Assembly: GCA_050014495.1 (NCBI GenBank)
Contig: JBEKDF010000016.1
Span: 1 to 63,324, forward strand
DNA length: 63,324 nucleotides
DNA from: Candidatus Bathyarchaeia archaeon
GTDB taxonomy: Archaea > Thermoproteota > Bathyarchaeia > TCS64
Direction: 5' to 3'
Position 1 is the stretch's first letter. Every line of letters begins with the position of its first letter. Below the pieces are notes generated by a model, which worked only from the letters and a program-made list of their open reading frames with translations, was not told the origin of the DNA and made no database searches. The position numbers and the translations under genes were made by a program. Below are positions 28,643 to 39,155 of this stretch, one piece after another.

Positions 28643-29911
28643 ATGAATAGAACAGATATTCGTAGATTACCTAAACGGACTAATCCGCAAAAAGCTTTAG
28701 ACCTGCTGCTTGCCAGCGTAAGCGGAAAAGTTGTGGGACGCGAATCTGTGCCGTTAGACAAGTGCCTTGGACGCGTTTTAGCTGAAGACGTATTTTCAGA
28801 CATTAACATACCCGATTACGACAAAACTTTCATAGACGGATACGCTATAAATCCAGAAAATACCAAAACAGCTTCAACACTCAAACCAGCAACTTATAAA
28901 ATCGTTGGGAAGCTTTTTCCCGTCGATTACCCCACCAACGCGCAGGTTCAGCGTGACGAAACAATTTACGTTGCATGTGGAGCCTCCATACCCAAAGGTG
29001 CTTCTGCAACAGTGAAGGTTGAAGAAACCCGGCTGCGTGAAAACACCGTTGAGGTGATTAGGGAAATCAAATCGGGTGAAGGGATAATTCCTCTCGGTGA
29101 CGACGTGAAAAAAGGCGACTTGCTTCTAAGTAAAGGGCAAGTTCTGAGACCTCAGGATATCGGGTTGTTGGCATCCATAAAATTGAACAAGGTAGAAGTT
29201 TTCAAGAAACCCATAATCTCGATTATTTCTAGCGGAGATGAGCTCATAAACCAGTACCAAAAAGATCCTGAGACTATCGCGAACAACTACGCGCTTGTGG
29301 TGGCGGGTTTAGCTTCAGAGCTGGGTGCCGAGTCGAAACTGCAGGGTATAATGCCCGACGCCTTAGACAAAGTCAAAGAAAAAATCAGCCAAGCTTTGGA
29401 AAACTCGGACATAGTGGTTACCATCGGTGGTTCTTCTGTAGGAGTGAAAGATTTTGTCCCTGACGCTATAAACGCTCTTGGAAAACCAGGGGTCATCGTG
29501 CAAGGGATTCTGCTGCGTCCAGGTGCGATTTCAGGATTCGGTTTAGTCAACGGTATACCCGTAGTGATGTTGCCTGGGCACATCGGAAGCTGCATAGCTG
29601 GTTTCTACAGTTTCATTGCTCCATTGATTAATGTTTACTGTGGTTTAGGCGCAAACTCTGCAGTTCCGCGAGTAACGGCCGTGTTGGGCAACTCGGTTGA
29701 AACGGATGCGCATTTCAGGTTCTTGTTTGTTCAAGTGAGACGGGTTGAGGAGAAATTTGTGGCGGAACCTGCAGAGGGCGGTTCAAGCGCGTTGACCACC
29801 ATCGTAAAATCCAATGGTTACGCAGTGGTTCCCCCCCACTCGAGTCTGGCAAAGGGGAAAGAAATCATTGTTTTCCTGTTTAACAAAATGGAAATAATTC
29901 AGATCCCCTAA
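28643..29911 (+). CDS. moeA: Molybdopterin molybdo/tungstotransferase
   Basis: GRVLAED, DGYA, SSGDEL, GGSSVG..DF, LPGH. Confidence 0.92.
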   Translation: MNRTDIRRLPKRTNPQKALDLLLASVSGKVVGRESVPLDKCLGRVLAEDVFSDINIPDYDKTFIDGYAINPENTKTASTLKPATYKIVGKLFPVDYPTNAQVQRDETIYVACGASIPKGASATVKVEETRLRENTVEVIREIKSGEGIIPLGDDVKKGDLLLSKGQVLRPQDIGLLASIKLNKVEVFKKPIISIISSGDELINQYQKDPETIANNYALVVAGLASELGAESKLQGIMPDALDKVKEKISQALENSDIVVTIGGSSVGVKDFVPDAINALGKPGVIVQGILLRPGAISGFGLVNGIPVVMLPGHIGSCIAGFYSFIAPLINVYCGLGANSAVPRVTAVLGNSVETDAHFRFLFVQVRRVEEKFVAEPAEGGSSALTTIVKSNGYAVVPPHSSLAKGKEIIVFLFNKMEIIQIP

Positions 29912-29916
29912 CAAGC

Positions 29917-31002
29917 CTAGTATTTTGGGAGATATCTATCTCTGTGCCCCGTTTTGCCCATGACCCAAGATTCACACCACGCTTTGTCAGTCCACGCCCG
30001 CTCTGCAAGGAAACTGCAGCCCCTCTCCAAATGCGCTTCTGCTTCTAACCTATAATTTTTGATGGCTGCCAAAAACACGTCCTTAGCCTGAGAATCCAAC
30101 TCCACCGCGGTTTCAGACTCATTTTGAAGCTGAGACCGAGCTAGCAGAGTTTTTCCTTCGTTTTCTCGGCTTATACCCGCCCAAAAAAATGACTTTTCCT
30201 TTTCCAAGTTTGCCGCACAAGAAGAAAAAAGCGTTGTAGCTTCAGCTAACTTAGTTTCATGGTAGAATGCAGCGGCTTCTTGGATACGTCCAAGCTCAAA
30301 TACACTGAGGATACCTAAATTTGCTTTGAAGTTTTCAGTTAAGCTACCGTGAGCTGGGCGAGTTTGCAGTTTAAACAGGTCCTCATGGCGGTTGATGTTC
30401 ACGAAGCTTTTCAATTCGGGGTCAAGGGCCTTCATTTCCCCCACTGGAGAAATGAAAAGGACTTTTGAGGCACCTCTCATAATGTCGTCGGAACGTGGTC
30501 GCCTCAGAATACAAAGGGTCTGAGTGATTTCTGCAACGATGTCCCTTTCAACAACCGTGACGAGAGTTTCAAGCCTGCCATTTGGCCACATTGGAACAGT
30601 CACCTGCGCATCTCCTGCAGCGTCAAAAAAGTACTCAATGATTTGAGGTTTTAACAGGGGCATGTCGCAAGGAAGTGTAAAGCATAGGTCTGCCCTGGTT
30701 GACTTTAGTCCCGTCATAATCGCCACGTTGGGACCGCTTACATCACTGATTTTTTCGTCAACAACAAACTTCACGTCGCCTAGATTGTACTTCTTCAAAG
30801 CCTTAACATATTTTGCTTTTCGTGTTTCATCATTTATGCAGATTATAACTTCATCCACAATACTGCACACATTCTCTACGACATGAACCAACAGAGGCTT
30901 CCCGAATAGCTCAGCGAGTGCTTTATCATACCACTGTTCATTCTTGATTTGAAATCGGCGAGATTCGCCTCCCGCTAATATGAGTGCAGCCCGTTTCGTC
31001 AT
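29917..31002 (-). CDS. mobA: Molybdenum cofactor guanylyltransferase with ~150-aa C-terminal extension
   Basis: LILAGGESRRF, DKA, PCDMP, FVNIN. Confidence 0.88.
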   Translation of the reverse strand: MTKRAALILAGGESRRFQIKNEQWYDKALAELFGKPLLVHVVENVCSIVDEVIICINDETRKAKYVKALKKYNLGDVKFVVDEKISDVSGPNVAIMTGLKSTRADLCFTLPCDMPLLKPQIIEYFFDAAGDAQVTVPMWPNGRLETLVTVVERDIVAEITQTLCILRRPRSDDIMRGASKVLFISPVGEMKALDPELKSFVNINRHEDLFKLQTRPAHGSLTENFKANLGILSVFELGRIQEAAAFYHETKLAEATTLFSSCAANLEKEKSFFWAGISRENEGKTLLARSQLQNESETAVELDSQAKDVFLAAIKNYRLEAEAHLERGCSFLAERAWTDKAWCESWVMGKTGHRDRYLPKY

Positions 31003-31043
31003 GACTTTTACCTTATTGGGCAGTTTTTTCTTTGGCGTATTCC

Positions 31044-31598
31044 TTATTTTTTAATTTGCTTGTTTTTCACATATTTCTTCACAAGCTGCAGAAGCAATTC
31101 ACCTTCCGTGTCTAAGTTGAGTATGGGAATCTTTAACCCGTTTATTGTTGGCTTATTCTCTGAGATCACTCCTGTGACTGCAAGAATTGGCTCAGCGGTT
31201 CCCTCCAATGTTCTAATAAAGTTATCTTCATTATCTGCGGTGATTATTTTTGGAACATCTGTTCTTTTCGCAATAAGCCTATGGAATCCCTCAATGAAAA
31301 TAATGTCCAGAGCTTCTCGGTTCAAAAGCTCAATTACTTGATCCAAATCATTGAATACTGCGTCGGTTTTTTTTAGTATCGCAATTTCATCAGGCGAGAT
31401 GGTCATTATGACTTGTGACCCTACTTTAGCGTATCGCCATGAGTCGGTACCTTCTTTATCCATGGTGAAGCCTTCGTGGTGAACATGCTTTATCGACCCG
31501 ATTTTGTAACCTTCCGCGGAGAGATGCGAAATCAAGTATTCCAGCGTAGTAGTTTTACCTGAGCCACTTGTTCCAACCGCAGCAATAACTAAAACCAT
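31044..31598 (-). CDS. mobB: Molybdopterin-guanine dinucleotide biosynthesis protein B
   Basis: GTSGSGKTT, IKHVHH, DKEGTDSWR, IEGF; start placed at ATG 31598. Confidence 0.92.
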   Translation of the reverse strand: MVLVIAAVGTSGSGKTTTLEYLISHLSAEGYKIGSIKHVHHEGFTMDKEGTDSWRYAKVGSQVIMTISPDEIAILKKTDAVFNDLDQVIELLNREALDIIFIEGFHRLIAKRTDVPKIITADNEDNFIRTLEGTAEPILAVTGVISENKPTINGLKIPILNLDTEGELLLQLVKKYVKNKQIKK

Positions 31599-31823
31599 AC
31601 ACATACATTCCTTTTTAGAAATCAGTTGAGTTGGCTCTAATAAACACCGTGATTTCTCCAAATGCCTTCAAATGGAATTCTTAATGCTCTTAAGATTAGG
31701 TTTTTACACATACGAACCGACCTAATATTAAATTACGGCCAACTGAAACCATGCTGGAAATCGTGTACACGAACAAATTTTAACTATACTAACTACTGAT
31801 GCTATTATGAAGGGGAAGCGAAG

Positions 31824-32222
31824 TTGGCAAAAAAGATCGATGTTACGCTTATAACTGGTCGTTCTCTCCAACAGGGCATAAGCTTAGAGATTGGTAAAAC
31901 TTCCACCGAATATTTCAACAGCGTCAATTACGTTGAAATGAATCGAAGCGATTCAGACGCACTTGAAATGAATAAAGATGCACCAGTGGAAATTACTACA
32001 AGTCATGGTAAGGTCCTACTATTTTGGCGAGTTTCTGAGGGACTACCGCAAGGGTTAATCTTTGTGCCATATAGTCCTTGGATAAACCAAGTAATAGGAA
32101 CTGACACTGCCTGCACTGGAACACCTAACTTTAAGGGAATCAAAGCAACAGTATCGCCAGCTACTGGCAAACAAGTACTGACATTTGTAGAACTTATGGA
32201 TAAAATAAAGGTGGGAAATTAA
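31824..32222 (+). CDS. fwdD: Formylmethanofuran dehydrogenase subunit D
   Basis: LITGRSLQQG, FVPYSPW, GTPNFKG. Confidence 0.93.
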   Translation: MAKKIDVTLITGRSLQQGISLEIGKTSTEYFNSVNYVEMNRSDSDALEMNKDAPVEITTSHGKVLLFWRVSEGLPQGLIFVPYSPWINQVIGTDTACTGTPNFKGIKATVSPATGKQVLTFVELMDKIKVGN

Positions 32223-33514
32223 TGGAAATTCATACTGATGTAATTTGCCCATTCTGCGGGTGCCTTTGCGATGACATCGAAGTAACCGTTGATAATAATA
32301 AAATTATAAACGTTAAGAACTCATGTGGAATATCACGCTCCAAATTTATGAACAACGAAATAAACAGAATATATCATCCTTCAATTGATGGAAAAACAGT
32401 ATCCTATGAAGAAGCAGTTAAAGAAGCTGCTAATATCTTAGCTAATTCGGTACGCCCTCTAATTTATGGACTTAGTAAAATAGATAATGAAGCAATTAGA
32501 AAGGCTGTTTATCTAACAGAGTTGATTGGAGGGGTAATAGACAACACTGCCTCAATTTGCCACGGATCAAGTATCATCGCTCGCCAAACAGTTGGCTCCT
32601 CAGCTTCAAGCTTAGGGGAAGTAAAAAACCGAGGTGATCTAATTATTTTTTGGGGCTCAAATCCAATGGATTCCCATCCAAGGCACCTCGCTAGATACTC
32701 AGTTATTCCTAAAGGAAAATACATACCTAATGGAAGAAAGGATCGTTATGTAATAGTTGTTGATGTGCGGGAGACCAGAACAAGTAAATTAGCTAATGAA
32801 TTCATAATGGTGAAACCCGACAGCGATTTTGAGATTATTCAGTGTCTTAGAGCAGCCGTCAGAGGAGAAAAGATACAAAGCGAAAATATAGGCGGTGTTC
32901 CAATAAATGTAATAGAGCAGCTTGCAAATAGGATGAAAAGTGCAAAATATGGTTGCATGTTTTACGGGTTAGGCTTAAACCATGGTTCAACTAAACATTT
33001 GAACATTGAAGCACTGTATAGCTTAATATCCGATCTGAACCATTACACAAAATTCGTTGTTAATCCCATGCGAGGTATCTTTAATGTAACGGGAGCTGGT
33101 GTTGTACCAACTTGGCTGACGGGTTATCCATTCGGTGTAGATATGAGTCGAGGTTATCCGCGGTACAACCCTGGTGAGTATACAAGTATTGATCTATTAG
33201 CTCGAAAAGAGGCAGATGCTGCTTTAATAATGGGATCAGATCCTGGTGGAACTTTTCCCATCGGTGCTGCAAAAAGATTAGCAAAGATACCTACAATTAC
33301 ACTTGAGCGAAAACAAACGCCAACTACAATGTTAAGTAAAGTCGTTATTCCCGTCTCAACTTTGGGCATAGAATCAAGCGGAGGCGTTTATAGGATGGAC
33401 GAAGTTCCATTGGAAATGAGAAAGGTAGTTGAGCCACCAAAAGGAGTAGGAACAGACGCCAAGGTTCTTGAAGACATTATCGCAATCGTTGAGTCGTTAA
33501 AGAGGTGTAATTAA
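32222..33514 (+). CDS. fwdB: Formylmethanofuran dehydrogenase subunit B (Cys-type)
   Basis: CPFCGCLCDD, DNTASICHG, HPRH, YRMDEVP. Confidence 0.96.
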   Translation: MEIHTDVICPFCGCLCDDIEVTVDNNKIINVKNSCGISRSKFMNNEINRIYHPSIDGKTVSYEEAVKEAANILANSVRPLIYGLSKIDNEAIRKAVYLTELIGGVIDNTASICHGSSIIARQTVGSSASSLGEVKNRGDLIIFWGSNPMDSHPRHLARYSVIPKGKYIPNGRKDRYVIVVDVRETRTSKLANEFIMVKPDSDFEIIQCLRAAVRGEKIQSENIGGVPINVIEQLANRMKSAKYGCMFYGLGLNHGSTKHLNIEALYSLISDLNHYTKFVVNPMRGIFNVTGAGVVPTWLTGYPFGVDMSRGYPRYNPGEYTSIDLLARKEADAALIMGSDPGGTFPIGAAKRLAKIPTITLERKQTPTTMLSKVVIPVSTLGIESSGGVYRMDEVPLEMRKVVEPPKGVGTDAKVLEDIIAIVESLKRCN

Positions 33515-35208
33515 TGAATGATATTATAGTGAAGGGTGGATTCATCTTCGATCCCCTCAATGACATAAATGGAGAAAAAGGAGATATCTTAATTTCTAAT
33601 GGAAAGATTGTCGCTGAAAATAAAAACCGTGATATAAAAGTCGTAGACGCCACAGGCATGGTCGTAATGCCAGGTGGCGTTGACATTCACAGCCACATAG
33701 CAGGCTCAAAAATCAACGCGGGCAGGATGCTGAGACCAGAGGATCACAGGAAGGACGTCGTTAAGAAGACCAAAATTACTCGGTCAGGCGTAGGGTATAG
33801 TTGCCCCTCGACCTTCATAACAGGTTACCGCTACGCCCAGATGGGCTACACATCCGTTTTAGAGCCGGCTATGCCTCCTATAAGTGCGCGTCATGTCCAC
33901 GAGGAGATGGCCGATATACCTCTGCTGGATAAGGCCGCTTATACCCTATTCGGCAACAACTTGTTCACTCTAAAATATGTTAAGGCCGGCGACATCGAAA
34001 TGCTCAAGGCGTTCATCCTCTGGTTACTGAGAGCCACTAAAGGCTATGCTGTTAAGATAGTCAACCCCGGAGGAGTCGAGAACTGGAAGTGGGGGAAGAA
34101 TGTTAGTGGGTTGGATGACCTTGTTATAAACTATGAGGTCACGCCGAGGCAGATAGTTACCAGCCTAGCCAAAGCCAATGAGGAGCTGGGGCTGCCTCAC
34201 ACGATCCATCTCCACTGCAATAACCTGGGTGTCCCAGGTAATTATGAGACGACGATCGAAACGATGGAGGCCCTCAAGAGTATCAAGCCAAAGTCTGGGA
34301 GAAAGACGACGGTTCACGTGGTTCACTGCCAGTTCAACGCCCTTGACGGCGATACCTGGGCCAACGTGAGATCCGGCGCCTCGAAGATAGCCAAGTATGT
34401 GAACAGTCACGAGCACGTCTCTATTGACATTGGTCAGGTGATTTTCACTGATACAACGACTATGACGGGTGATGGTCCTTGGCAGTTTAGACTCTCTAAT
34501 CTGAGCGGGAACAAGTGGGTGAATAAGGATGTGGAGATGGAGGCGGGCGCTGGCATAGTCCCCTACACCTACAAGAAAGGGAACCCTGCAAATTCGATCC
34601 AGTGGGCGATAGGCCTCGAACTCGCTCTCCAAGTATACGATCCTTGGCGCGTCTATCTGACCACGGATCACCCGAACGGAGGCCCTTTCACTTTCTACCC
34701 CAAGGTCATCACCTGGTTGATGAGCAGAGCATCAAGAAACGAGACGATGCTTGAGATCAATAAAGCATGCATGAGGCGAACTAACCTAGCGAACGATTAC
34801 CGGGAGTATTCATTCAACGAGATCGCTATAGTGACAAGAGCCGCTACAGCGAAGGCTGTTGGCCTAACAAATAAGGGCCATCTCGCGCCGGGGGCTGATG
34901 GTGATATCTCAGTATACGACATAAACCCGTTGAATTGGGCACCCTCTAAATATAGAGACCTCGAGAAAGCCTTCACACTAGCCAAGTACACGATCAAAGG
35001 AGGAGAGTTAGTCGTGAAGGATGGAGAAATCCTTTCTACTCCCCCAGGATCCACCTATTGGATAGATTCAACTGCACCCAATGAGGGTGAACTGGTTAAA
35101 GACGTGGAGGTCGACTTCAGAGATTATTACTCGATAAATTTCAGGAACTATCCGGTCGAGGAAACCTATCTTCCCATGAGCCACCCCATCAAACTGGAGG
35201 CTGTATAG
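33514..35208 (+). CDS. fwdA: Formylmethanofuran dehydrogenase subunit A
   Basis: DIHSHIAG, KIVNPGG, HLHCNNLG, TTDHPNGGPF. Confidence 0.97.
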   Translation: MNDIIVKGGFIFDPLNDINGEKGDILISNGKIVAENKNRDIKVVDATGMVVMPGGVDIHSHIAGSKINAGRMLRPEDHRKDVVKKTKITRSGVGYSCPSTFITGYRYAQMGYTSVLEPAMPPISARHVHEEMADIPLLDKAAYTLFGNNLFTLKYVKAGDIEMLKAFILWLLRATKGYAVKIVNPGGVENWKWGKNVSGLDDLVINYEVTPRQIVTSLAKANEELGLPHTIHLHCNNLGVPGNYETTIETMEALKSIKPKSGRKTTVHVVHCQFNALDGDTWANVRSGASKIAKYVNSHEHVSIDIGQVIFTDTTTMTGDGPWQFRLSNLSGNKWVNKDVEMEAGAGIVPYTYKKGNPANSIQWAIGLELALQVYDPWRVYLTTDHPNGGPFTFYPKVITWLMSRASRNETMLEINKACMRRTNLANDYREYSFNEIAIVTRAATAKAVGLTNKGHLAPGADGDISVYDINPLNWAPSKYRDLEKAFTLAKYTIKGGELVVKDGEILSTPPGSTYWIDSTAPNEGELVKDVEVDFRDYYSINFRNYPVEETYLPMSHPIKLEAV

Positions 35209-36135
35209 ATGAGTTTCAACTTCAACGGTGTGGAGATCGATGACACATTTGCCGAGGGATTCACAATGTGGGGTAGCAGGATCATCGTCACAGCCCTCAA
35301 CAGGAAGTGGGCGAACATTGCAGCACAGAACATGACGGGTTTCGCAACCAGTGTGATCGCCTGCGATTGCGAAGCTGGAATAGAGCGAGAAGTGCCATCA
35401 GAAAGCACGCCGGACCATAGACCTGGAACCGCGATCATGGTCTTCGGCTTCTCTAAGGGTAAACTCTCCGGGTCTATGCTTAATCGGATCGGCCAATGCG
35501 TTCTAACTTGCCCAACATCAGCGATCTTCAACGGCCTTCCCCAAAATGAGTCCGACGAGATGCTTGATATTGGTAAAAGTCTCAGGTTCTTTGGTGACGG
35601 CTATCAGGTTAAGATGAGAATGAACGACGGCCTGGGAGAACGCGTCCGATTCTGGCGGATCCCCGTCATGCAGGGAGAGTTCCTCACTGAGGAATTGTAC
35701 GGCGCTAAGAAGGCAGTGGCGGGAGGTAACTTCCTTATAATGGGTGAGGAGGAGAAATCCACCCTTGAGGCAGCGGAAAGGGCGGTGGAAGCGATCCACA
35801 CCGTTCCGATGATAATCACACCTTTCCCAGGGGGTCTTTGTAGGAGTGGGAGTAAGGTTGGCTCGAAATACGCTTTCCTAAAAGCCTCAACAAATACGCC
35901 GTTCTGCCCTACGATAAAGCACACTTTCAAGGGGTCAAATGCACCGGAGAAAGTAAATTCTATTATCGAGATAGTCCTGAACGGTCTCGATGAGTCATCA
36001 GTGAGGAGGGCGATGGGCTTCGGGATAAAAGCTGCAGTGGAGGCGGGAGGCGTAAAGAAGATAACTGCAGTGAACTTCGGTGGAAAGTTAGGTAAATTTA
36101 AGATCGGCCTTAGAGAGTCATTGGAGGCTACATGA
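35209..36135 (+). CDS. ftr: Formylmethanofuran:H4MPT formyltransferase
   Basis: IDDTFAEGF, TGFATSVI, RIGQCVLTCP, SGSKVGSKY, NFGGKLG. Confidence 0.97.
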   Translation: MSFNFNGVEIDDTFAEGFTMWGSRIIVTALNRKWANIAAQNMTGFATSVIACDCEAGIEREVPSESTPDHRPGTAIMVFGFSKGKLSGSMLNRIGQCVLTCPTSAIFNGLPQNESDEMLDIGKSLRFFGDGYQVKMRMNDGLGERVRFWRIPVMQGEFLTEELYGAKKAVAGGNFLIMGEEEKSTLEAAERAVEAIHTVPMIITPFPGGLCRSGSKVGSKYAFLKASTNTPFCPTIKHTFKGSNAPEKVNSIIEIVLNGLDESSVRRAMGFGIKAAVEAGGVKKITAVNFGGKLGKFKIGLRESLEAT

Positions 36136-36136
36136 C

Positions 36137-36979
36137 TTGAAAATTCTTAAATTAAAATATTTTGGAGAGACATTGATACCTATTGAGGCTGAGAACATTA
36201 CACCGGATCTAATAACTGGCAAGCAGCTGTCGGAGATCGAAAGGCTCACTCTATATACGGGAAATAGAGAGCATAAGCTATCAGAATTCTTTGATATCAG
36301 TGGTGATGTCTCCAATGAAGTAGGCAGCCAGATGATTTTGGTGGAAGGAGAGACGAGTCTCGTCAAATATATAGGGTCATCAATGTCTTCCGGCAAAATC
36401 ATCATCGAAGGAAACACCGGAATGCATCTAGGATCAAAGATGACTGGAGGAGAGATCCAAGTTAAAGGATCCGTAGATGACTGGGCTGGAGCTGAGATGA
36501 GTGGAGGCTATATTAGAGTAAACGGAAACGCAGGTAATCGATTAGGCTCAGGGTATAGAGGTAGCTCCGAAGGTATGACAGGGGGAGTAATTGTCGTTGA
36601 CGGCAATGTTGGTCAGGAGTGCGGAGCCTTACTGCGCCGAGGAATGATCGTTATCAGAGGAGCTGTAGCACCCTTTGCAGGGGTCCACATGAACGGGGGC
36701 CAGATCTTCGCCTTTGGTAAAGTATCGAAAAGACTGGGAGCAAGTGCAAAGGGGAACGGAGGATTCATTGCGTGTCTCGGTGGCGTCGAGCAGATGCTAC
36801 CTACATACAAATACGATTCTACATACAAGCCCAACTTCATGCGTGTGTATCTACAACAGCTGTCAGAGAACTTTGGGGTGAAGGAGGCGGAAAAATTCAT
36901 GGATACATCGTTCGAACGCTACTCAGGTGACCTAGCCTGCGGAGGAAACAACGAGATCTTCATTGCATCTGCTGAGTGA
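36137..36979 (+). CDS. fwdC: Formylmethanofuran dehydrogenase subunit C
   Basis: GXGXG beta-helix repeats, GSGYRG, GDLA..G..EI. Confidence 0.95.
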   Translation: MKILKLKYFGETLIPIEAENITPDLITGKQLSEIERLTLYTGNREHKLSEFFDISGDVSNEVGSQMILVEGETSLVKYIGSSMSSGKIIIEGNTGMHLGSKMTGGEIQVKGSVDDWAGAEMSGGYIRVNGNAGNRLGSGYRGSSEGMTGGVIVVDGNVGQECGALLRRGMIVIRGAVAPFAGVHMNGGQIFAFGKVSKRLGASAKGNGGFIACLGGVEQMLPTYKYDSTYKPNFMRVYLQQLSENFGVKEAEKFMDTSFERYSGDLACGGNNEIFIASAE

Positions 36980-37866
36980 TTGTACAATTGAAAATTGGTA
37001 TAGTGGCATCTGATAAGGACGAGTGGCATGTGCAGAGGCTTATGAGTAGCCTCAAGAAGATGAGCATCGAGTCTTATGTCTTCCCACCTACACGTTTTCA
37101 TTCGAGGATCGTTGGCAGACCCAGAATATCCGTGAGGGGTTATGCCATCGAGGACTTTGACGCCATAATTGTTAGGAAGGTACCAGGTGGTACACCGGAG
37201 CAGGTCTTTTACAGAATGGATGCCCTGCACAGGCTAGAGGAGATGGGTGTATTCGTGATGAATTCAGCGGATAGTATAGAGCGGTCCGTCGATAAATTCT
37301 ACACATCCGGCCTCTTGGAGGACGCAGGCCTGAGGACCCCAAAAACGATTATTACGGAGAGATTTGAAGACGCGATCGATGCCTTCATGGAACTCGGAGG
37401 CGACGTAGTAGTCAAGCCCATGTTTGGCTCATTAGGTTTCGGCATGACCCGAGTCTCGGATGTAGACATTGCCTATCGGGTCTTTAGGGCTTTGGAGATG
37501 ATTAACGGAGTCTACTATCTTCAAGAGTTCATCCCGCACAGAAACCAGGATATCAGATCATTTGTAATTGGTGAAAATGTTGTGGCTTCGATGTTACGAA
37601 CCGCAAAAAGTTGGAAGACCAACATAGCCGGAGGCGGTGAGGCGACGCCATACAAGCTGGATGACTCCCTAGTTGAAGTTAGCATAAAGGCCTGTAAGAA
37701 GATCGGCATGGAATATACCGGCGTCGATATCATGCAGTCGGAGCGTGACGGGGGCTTCTATGTTGTTGAAGTAAACAGCACCCCTGGCTGGGAGGCTCTA
37801 CAATCTGTTACCCGCAAAGAAATTTCGGATATTCTGATAGATCATCTGTTAGCGAGGCTCAGATAA
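36976..37866 (+). CDS. RimK-family ATP-grasp ligase (MptN/CofF-like glutamate ligase)
   Basis: VVKPMFGSLG, QEFI, WKTN, GVDI, EVNSTPGW; context of H4MPT genes. Confidence 0.9.
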   Translation: MIVQLKIGIVASDKDEWHVQRLMSSLKKMSIESYVFPPTRFHSRIVGRPRISVRGYAIEDFDAIIVRKVPGGTPEQVFYRMDALHRLEEMGVFVMNSADSIERSVDKFYTSGLLEDAGLRTPKTIITERFEDAIDAFMELGGDVVVKPMFGSLGFGMTRVSDVDIAYRVFRALEMINGVYYLQEFIPHRNQDIRSFVIGENVVASMLRTAKSWKTNIAGGGEATPYKLDDSLVEVSIKACKKIGMEYTGVDIMQSERDGGFYVVEVNSTPGWEALQSVTRKEISDILIDHLLARLR

Positions 37867-37889
37867 ATAGGTATTAAAGGCTTGATTAG

Positions 37890-38915
37890 ATGGCTGTTAA
37901 ACCTAAGGATAGGGACTTAATCGAGACAAATGAAGGCCTTCTATTCTGTGTAGTAGGTTATTTACATCCTCCAGATCGTTATACTGCATACCTCAAGTAT
38001 GTTCCAGCATTAGAGGGAAAATGGACGAGGGGTAAAGAAGCATACTCGAGAGTAGTACCATATTACCATGTTACACAGGTTGAAAACACGTATAACATAT
38101 TGAAGGATAAATACCCTAAGTATCTCTTCAACTGCCCTGTCCGTAACATAGTGATCTCCTCGGTACCACATGAAGATGTCCTCAGATATTATCATCCTAA
38201 AGAAAGGTTAAACTCAATTCTTAGGGAGGGAGCCAGCGATACACTTGAAGAGAAGCTCGTGAGTCTTGTGGGGTTCCTCAAGGATGAAACTGGTTTATCC
38301 GACTCAGATTTAGGAGTCACAGGCTCCATCCTAACAAAAACCCATAATCCTAGTTTTTCAGACATCGATCTAACGCTGCACGGTATCTCCGCGACGAATT
38401 CCATCAAACAAGCGATCCGAGATATAAGGAAAGTAAACTCGGATCTTGAGCCATTCGATGATAGACAGATATCCGAATGGTGCTCTGACAGGACCAAGAG
38501 GTTTCCTCTCTCACTCGAAGACTTGAGGCTCATAGCTAGTAGACGTTGGAACTACGGGTACTATAGGAAAACTTACGTTTCGTTCCATCCAATTCGTCTA
38601 GACAGCGAAATAGATGAGGCTTATGGCGACTTCACTTACTTTCCTAAGGGTACAGTTTTTGGAACGGCCAACATTTCTGATAGTAGCGAGTCCGTCTTTT
38701 TACCAGCCATCTATAAAGTAGAGGAGATAGATAGTGAGTTCGACTTTGATATCAGACAACTTGTCTCTTATGAGGGAATGTTCAGCGACACCTTTAGAGT
38801 AGGAGAAAGAGTAGAGTTCTCCGGAATACTCGAGAAAGTATCTGGAAGAGATAGCTTTTATAGGGTACTCATAGGGGGATCAGGTTCCAAAGACAGTTAC
38901 ATTAAACTGGTTTAG
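37890..38915 (+). CDS. Predicted nucleotidyltransferase (COG1665-like)
   Basis: GYLHPPDR..AYLKYVP, GVTGSIL...SDIDL. Confidence 0.85.
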   Translation: MAVKPKDRDLIETNEGLLFCVVGYLHPPDRYTAYLKYVPALEGKWTRGKEAYSRVVPYYHVTQVENTYNILKDKYPKYLFNCPVRNIVISSVPHEDVLRYYHPKERLNSILREGASDTLEEKLVSLVGFLKDETGLSDSDLGVTGSILTKTHNPSFSDIDLTLHGISATNSIKQAIRDIRKVNSDLEPFDDRQISEWCSDRTKRFPLSLEDLRLIASRRWNYGYYRKTYVSFHPIRLDSEIDEAYGDFTYFPKGTVFGTANISDSSESVFLPAIYKVEEIDSEFDFDIRQLVSYEGMFSDTFRVGERVEFSGILEKVSGRDSFYRVLIGGSGSKDSYIKLV

Positions 38916-38975
38916 GTTGATTCAAGAAAGATTATTCATTTATATGTTCCCGGCAGGAAGATAATAGGGAATAAT

Positions 38976-39155
38976 ATGTGCGAATTCAAGGTTTATTTAA
39001 ATGGAGAAAAAGTGCTTGAGGATGTCGTATTCGCTATAGCAGAGGGTAAGGACATCATAGTTAGGGACATCGTTGGCACTAGTAAAAGGCTGAATAATGC
39101 TCGTATAACCGAAGTTAATGTACTCACCACAAAGCTAATATTAAGGTCGGATTAG
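38976..39155 (+). CDS. cooT: CooT-family nickel-binding protein (59 aa, absent from the ORF track)
   Basis: Manual translation MCEFKVYLNGEKVLEDVV...VRDIVG...ITEVNV...KLIL; Cys2 signature; CODH context. Confidence 0.85.
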   Translation: MCEFKVYLNGEKVLEDVVFAIAEGKDIIVRDIVGTSKRLNNARITEVNVLTTKLILRSD

